A DNA stretch of 64,000 nucleotides from Chromatiales bacterium (GTDB taxonomy: Bacteria; Pseudomonadota; Gammaproteobacteria; Steroidobacterales; Woeseiaceae), in the NCBI GenBank assembly GCA_004282875.1, contig SHLT01000003.1, positions 12,917 through 76,916 on the forward strand, written 5' to 3'. Made by a program: the position numbers and the translations under genes. The notes beneath the pieces are model-generated. The model was given only the letters and a program-made list of their open reading frames with translations, had not been told where the DNA came from and ran no database searches. Below, piece by piece: positions 59,611 to 64,000 of the stretch. Within the stretch, counting starts at the first letter, position 1. Each line of letters begins with the position of its first letter.

Positions 59611-60720
59611 ATGCGTCTCAAATACAAGATCGTGAACGGCATACTGGCCGTCCTTGGCGTGGCTATTCTCTGCCTGGCCATCACCATCAGCTACACGTCG
59701 GATTGCGAGCCGGCGCCAGGCGTTGCCGCGGGTACCGAGACAATGAAGGCTGTCGTCTCTCGCTGCTATGGCGGACCCGAGGCGCTCGAGTACCTCGACG
59801 TGGCGAAACCTGTGCCCGGGCCGAAAGACGTGCTCGTCAAGGTCAAGGCCGCGGCCGTCAATCCGCTCGACTACCACTACATGCGCGGTTCTCCGTACCT
59901 GATGCGTCTGGCCGCCGGTATCGGCCGCCCCAGCGATACCAGTATGGGCGTTGACTTCGCCGGCGTCGTAGAGGCTGTGGGCGAGGAAGTGACGGAATTC
60001 GCCGTCGGCGACGCCGTATTTGGCGGGCGCAGCGGCGCATTTGCAGAGTACGTGGTGGTACCTGAGGACCGCGCGATCACGGCAAAGCCCGACAACGTTA
60101 GTTTCGACGAAGCCGCCGCAATCGGGATTGCGGGAGTGACCGCCCTGCAGGCACTGCGTGACCATGGCCAGTTACAGGCGGGCCAGAAAGTGCTCATCAA
60201 CGGTGCATCGGGCGGTGTTGGCACCTATGCGGTGCAGATAGCGAAGTCCCTGGGTGCCGAGGTGCACGGCGTCTGCAGTACCCGCAATGTCGAGATGGTG
60301 CTCGCGCTTGGCGCGGATCACGTCTTTGACTACAAACAAGAAAACTACACCGAGAGCGGCAACGAGTACGATTTGATCGTCGACATGGTGGGGAATCTGT
60401 CGTTGTCGGCGAACCGCAAGGTGCTCAAGCCGGAAGGGCGTATGGTGATCGTTGGCGGCCCGAAGGGAGACTGGATTGCCCCGTTGGTGCCGCTCGTCAA
60501 GGCGATGACGTTGTCGCTATTCGTCGACCAGGAAATCGGCACCATACTGGCCCGGTTGAGCGGTGACGATCTCGAATACCTCGCCGGCCTCATGGCGGAC
60601 GGGAAGATGACGACTCGCATCGATACGCACTATCCGCTGAGCGAAACCGCTGAAGCGCTGCGCTATCTTGAGACGCAGCGCGCCCGCGGCAAGGTGATTG
60701 TTGACGTGGACGGTTCCTGA
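59611..60720 (+). CDS. NAD(P)-dependent MDR (quinone oxidoreductase/alcohol dehydrogenase-like) with N-terminal TM anchor
   Basis: AVNPLD, GVDFAG, INGASGGVG and ARGKVIV. Confidence 0.9.
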   Translation: MRLKYKIVNGILAVLGVAILCLAITISYTSDCEPAPGVAAGTETMKAVVSRCYGGPEALEYLDVAKPVPGPKDVLVKVKAAAVNPLDYHYMRGSPYLMRLAAGIGRPSDTSMGVDFAGVVEAVGEEVTEFAVGDAVFGGRSGAFAEYVVVPEDRAITAKPDNVSFDEAAAIGIAGVTALQALRDHGQLQAGQKVLINGASGGVGTYAVQIAKSLGAEVHGVCSTRNVEMVLALGADHVFDYKQENYTESGNEYDLIVDMVGNLSLSANRKVLKPEGRMVIVGGPKGDWIAPLVPLVKAMTLSLFVDQEIGTILARLSGDDLEYLAGLMADGKMTTRIDTHYPLSETAEALRYLETQRARGKVIVDVDGS

Positions 60721-60733
60721 AGCGGGGCAGGGC

Positions 60734-61102
60734 CTAACGCTCCAGCTGCTCGGACACCCGGCGCCGGCATTCCTCTTCTATCTTCTTTGCCATCCGCCGA
60801 TCGTGAATTGTGCACACGATGTACACATGTTCACTGTCGCGCACCATGGGCCCCTCTTCCTTGGTCACAACGGCCGAAAGGGTCAGATCGGCTGAGGTGA
60901 TGTCATCGGGGTGCGCGGTTCTGCTGGTTCTGTCGAATGGCTTGGGGAAATCCTCGGCTTTCAGGGCATTGATGATGTCCATCGCCATCTGAAACTGCTC
61001 AACGACGGGTGTTTCATCAGGCATCTCTATGCGCACTTCGTTGGTCTCGGATTCGCAAGCCCAAAGGGCCATGAGTACGGCGAGTCCAGCAATCTTTTTC
61101 AT
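60734..61102 (-). CDS. Hypothetical lipoprotein
   Basis: MKKIAGLAVLMALWAC lipobox. Confidence 0.65.
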   Translation of the reverse strand: MKKIAGLAVLMALWACESETNEVRIEMPDETPVVEQFQMAMDIINALKAEDFPKPFDRTSRTAHPDDITSADLTLSAVVTKEEGPMVRDSEHVYIVCTIHDRRMAKKIEEECRRRVSEQLER

Positions 61103-61134
61103 CTGTCTCTCCAGCAATGAAGCAGCATCCGCGG

Positions 61135-61536
61135 CTATCCTTCGAACGCTTCAAGGTGCTGACGACCGTCGTCTCCGATCTCGTCCCACTCAGCCTTCGA
61201 GCCGACCCAGATGTGGTGGGCGACATGGAGGGACACGCTGTCATCGTCAACGAGGCCGGCCGGAACAAACATCCTCGATTCATCGTTGATACCAGGAACG
61301 GGAGACCCGCATCGGCTGCAAAACCACATCTGCCAGTGTGAATCAGGCTTTTTCCAGGACGTGATGAGTTTTTCCCCGCCCGTCCATTCGAAGCTGTCGT
61401 TGTCGACAATCAGGATCGCGATGCCATTGCTGCCGGTCGCTCGCCGACAGATCGAGCAGTGACAGACGATCACATCCGTGAGATTAGAGGTGATTGTGAA
61501 ATTGACTGCCTCGCAGTTGCATCTTCCCTTCAGCAT
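61135..61536 (-). CDS. GFA family protein
   Basis: GRCNC, CHCSICRRATG and FCSRCGS. Confidence 0.9.
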   Translation of the reverse strand: MLKGRCNCEAVNFTITSNLTDVIVCHCSICRRATGSNGIAILIVDNDSFEWTGGEKLITSWKKPDSHWQMWFCSRCGSPVPGINDESRMFVPAGLVDDDSVSLHVAHHIWVGSKAEWDEIGDDGRQHLEAFEG

Positions 61537-61581
61537 CGCGCTCCTCCCCGTCTACGCGTTTTCGATTCGCAGTAGCTTACG

Positions 61582-62334
61582 CTAGCGGCCGCCCGCCGCA
61601 TCAATAAAGGTGCCGTTCACGTAGGAGGCCTCGTCCGACAGGAGCCATGCGATGGCATGCGCGACCTCCTCGGGCGAACCGCCACGTCCCATCGGTATGG
61701 AATCGGCGAGACGGTCGACTCGATCCGGTTCGCCGCCGTCGGCATGCATGTCGGTGTAAATGAACCCCGGACGGACGCAATTGACGCGAATACCCTCAGC
61801 GGCCACTTCGACTGACAGTCCCCTCGTCAGCGTGTCTATCGCGCCTTTGGAGGCTGCGTAGTCCACGTATTCTCCTGGCGACCCGGTGCGGGCGGCGGCA
61901 GAGGAGACATTGACGATCGAACCGCCTCGTCCGCCATGCCGCGTCGACATGCGCTTGATCGCCTCCCGGCAGCACAGAAATGCTCCAGTCACGTTGGTGG
62001 CGAGAATCCGGTTGATACGCCCGGCATCCATGTTCTCGACCCGCATCTGCGGTAACAGCATGCCGGCATTGTTCACGAGTGCCTCCACGGGCCCCAGCTC
62101 TTTGTCCACGGTCTTGAACAAGCGAACAGCATCGTCTTCAAGGCTGACATCGGCCTGCACGGCGATCGCCGTTGCGCCAGCGGATACGAGCTCATCGGCC
62201 ACCGCGCGGGCGGCCGCCGCATCCGCGCGATAGTTAACGCAAACACGATAGCCTTTGCCTGCCAACAGCTTTGCGGTTGCCGCGCCGATGCCCCGGCTGC
62301 TGCCGGTTACGATTGCAACGCGTTTGCTGTTCAT
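61582..62334 (-). CDS. SDR oxidoreductase (YgfF-like)
   Basis: TGSSRGIG, NNAG, EYVDYAASK and VRPG. Confidence 0.92.
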   Translation of the reverse strand: MNSKRVAIVTGSSRGIGAATAKLLAGKGYRVCVNYRADAAAARAVADELVSAGATAIAVQADVSLEDDAVRLFKTVDKELGPVEALVNNAGMLLPQMRVENMDAGRINRILATNVTGAFLCCREAIKRMSTRHGGRGGSIVNVSSAAARTGSPGEYVDYAASKGAIDTLTRGLSVEVAAEGIRVNCVRPGFIYTDMHADGGEPDRVDRLADSIPMGRGGSPEEVAHAIAWLLSDEASYVNGTFIDAAGGR

Positions 62335-62368
62335 TCGGGCCTCCTCGCCGACCGACCGCAGTGCTGAC

Positions 62369-62737
62369 CTAGGTTTTGAACATCTTTAGCAAATCTTTTG
62401 CATAGTTGATCGCCCTTCGCTCAATCTTGCTCAGCGAGTCGGCTTGTCCTTTCTCGGGTTCGTTCAACAGGGATTGGGCGAACTCAATCGCGTCTCGCTC
62501 AATCTTGTTGATCATGGCTTGCTGTGGCTGGTCTTTCTGGTCTTCCGGGCGCATCGTCTGCTCCTCCATCAATGTGCTTATCGAAGTCTCAAACACAGCG
62601 GCGAGGCACTTGAGCGATTCCAGTCCGGCTTTCTGCCCACTCTCGATCCTTTGTATCGTACGTGTGCTCAAACCGGAGTGGCGAGCAAGTTCTTCCTGCG
62701 ACCATCCTTTCTCAAGTCGCCTTTCCTGGATACTCAT
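62369..62737 (-). CDS. XRE HTH regulator with duplicated C-terminal helix
   Basis: WSQEELARHSGLSTRTIQRIE and SLKCLAAVFE. Confidence 0.85.
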   Translation of the reverse strand: MSIQERRLEKGWSQEELARHSGLSTRTIQRIESGQKAGLESLKCLAAVFETSISTLMEEQTMRPEDQKDQPQQAMINKIERDAIEFAQSLLNEPEKGQADSLSKIERRAINYAKDLLKMFKT

Positions 62738-62794
62738 GGCGTTGACCTTTGCTGTGGTGCGCTCATTTATGACAGGGCTTGGGAAGCACGAACA

Positions 62795-62822
62795 CGACAC
62801 TGTCGCGACACTAACCCGCCAG
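62795..62822. promoter_or_regulatory. 11-bp-period CGACAC direct repeats, putative XRE operator
   Basis: cgacac 62795, cgacac 62806 and degenerate cgccag 62817, upstream of the XRE gene. Confidence 0.4.
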
Positions 62823-62844
62823 ACGCCGCCGCGCACTGGCTGAA

Positions 62845-63189
62845 CTAGCTTGTCTCAGCTTCGATCTCTTTCTGCAACTGCTCGAGCTCGTCAAGAATCC
62901 GCACGAATTTCTCACCGAACTCGGTGACGACGTACTCAACCCTGGGAGGGATTTCCGGGTAGGCGATGCGTTCGAGAATGCCGAAATCCACGTTCTTGCG
63001 GAGACAGTCGTTCAACACCTTGGTCGAAAGCCCATCGACGCTGCGCACCATTTTCCCGGGCCTGTTCACGCCGCTCGCAACGAGCTGGTACACGGTCAGC
63101 GACCACTTGCAGCCATAAATGGCCTCGACCATGCGCGCGCTATCGGTAGGCGGCGTCTTTCTGGAAGTTTTTTTCGTCTGGTCTTTCAA
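62845..63189 (-). CDS. HxlR-family winged-helix regulator
   Basis: GCKWS, GLSTKVL and YPEIPPRVEY; divergent from the SDR. Confidence 0.88.
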   Translation of the reverse strand: MKDQTKKTSRKTPPTDSARMVEAIYGCKWSLTVYQLVASGVNRPGKMVRSVDGLSTKVLNDCLRKNVDFGILERIAYPEIPPRVEYVVTEFGEKFVRILDELEQLQKEIEAETS

Positions 63190-63298
63190 GAAGATGTACC
63201 AATAAGTGCCTACCCAACCGCTTTATGCTTACTTTTCTGTCGATCTCAAACTGCCTACGCTGGACCCATACCTACAGCGAACAGACATGGAGATTATT

Positions 63299-64000
63299 AT
63301 GACATCGACAACCCAGACCTGGGCACTAATTATTGGCGGCTCCAGCGGTATCGGTTACTCGATTTCCAGCCAGCTGCTGCAATCCGGCATCTCTACTTTG
63401 ATCGTCGGCAGAGACGGGGAAAAGCTCGAACGTGCACGACAGAGTCTGTCTGCCTTCGGCGAGGTGGAGTCAATACAAGCCGATTTGTATGAGCCTTCGG
63501 ACCTTGCCAGGATTGACGCCGTCGCCAACGATGCAAGTCGCCATATCCGATACCTCGTCAACGCCGCCGGCTATTTCAATCCCACGGCGTTCCTTGATCA
63601 CACCGAGGATGACTACGAGACTTATATGGGCCTCAACAAGGCCATATTCTTCATTTCCCAGGCAGTCGCAAGGAATATGCAGGCCAACGGCGGTGGAGCC
63701 ATCGTCAACATTGGATCTATGTGGGCCAGGCAGGCAATCAAGGCAACGCCGTCTTCTGCGTATTCCATGGCCAAGTCGGCGCTCCACGCTCTTACTCAAC
63801 ACATGGCGATGGAACTGGCCGACAGCAATATCCGGGTAAACGCGGTTGCGCCCGCTGTTGTGAGAACCCCCATATACGAAGCGTTCATTGATCCGCAGGA
63901 GATGGACACAGCGCTCGCCGCGTTCGATGACTTTCACCCGATCGGACGAACGGGCGAAGCAGAGGACGTCGCCAATACGGCGGCGTTCTTGCTATCGGAC
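63299..64000 (+). CDS. SDR oxidoreductase (3' truncated by window; absent from the ORF track)
   Basis: ATG 63299 after GGAG; hand translation gives MTSTTQTWALIIGGSSGIG...VNAAG...YSMAK...RVNAVAP. Confidence 0.88.
   Translation, partial: MTSTTQTWALIIGGSSGIGYSISSQLLQSGISTLIVGRDGEKLERARQSLSAFGEVESIQADLYEPSDLARIDAVANDASRHIRYLVNAAGYFNPTAFLDHTEDDYETYMGLNKAIFFISQAVARNMQANGGGAIVNIGSMWARQAIKATPSSAYSMAKSALHALTQHMAMELADSNIRVNAVAPAVVRTPIYEAFIDPQEMDTALAAFDDFHPIGRTGEAEDVANTAAFLLSD

Overview
GC-rich, densely coding bacterial window of about 62 genes. The gene content (TPR-sulfotransferase, two TonB-dependent receptors, S9 peptidases, Pseudomonas-type aceA, glcB) suggests a heterotrophic, possibly marine gammaproteobacterium such as Woeseiaceae/Steroidobacterales; this is inference only. 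I saw no rRNA, tRNA, CRISPR array or mobile element. Main blocks: (1) a double-amidohydrolase fusion lipoprotein next to mmuM; (2) an uncharacterised ~13 kb cluster with an FAD oxidoreductase, Na+/solute symporter, TPR-sulfotransferase, Asp/Asn beta-hydroxylase, TonB receptor, methyltransferase with a PqqD-like tail, divergent MTHFR and a His-rich beta-propeller with an aryl-sulfotransferase-like motif series; (3) a persulfide dioxygenase plus sulfurtransferase pair; (4) the glyoxylate shunt (XRE regulator, glcB, inserted modABC, aceA), where both promoter regions share a triple TGTGAAATT repeat at exact 14-bp period; (5) a TetR-associated polyester-utilisation-like locus (TonB receptor, CoA ligase, hydrolase, lipoprotein PHB depolymerase, symporter) whose two promoters share the same operator architecture; (6) miscellaneous accessory genes, including an orphan lasso-isopeptidase-like S9 enzyme. 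All family calls come from reading motifs by eye, with no database searches.
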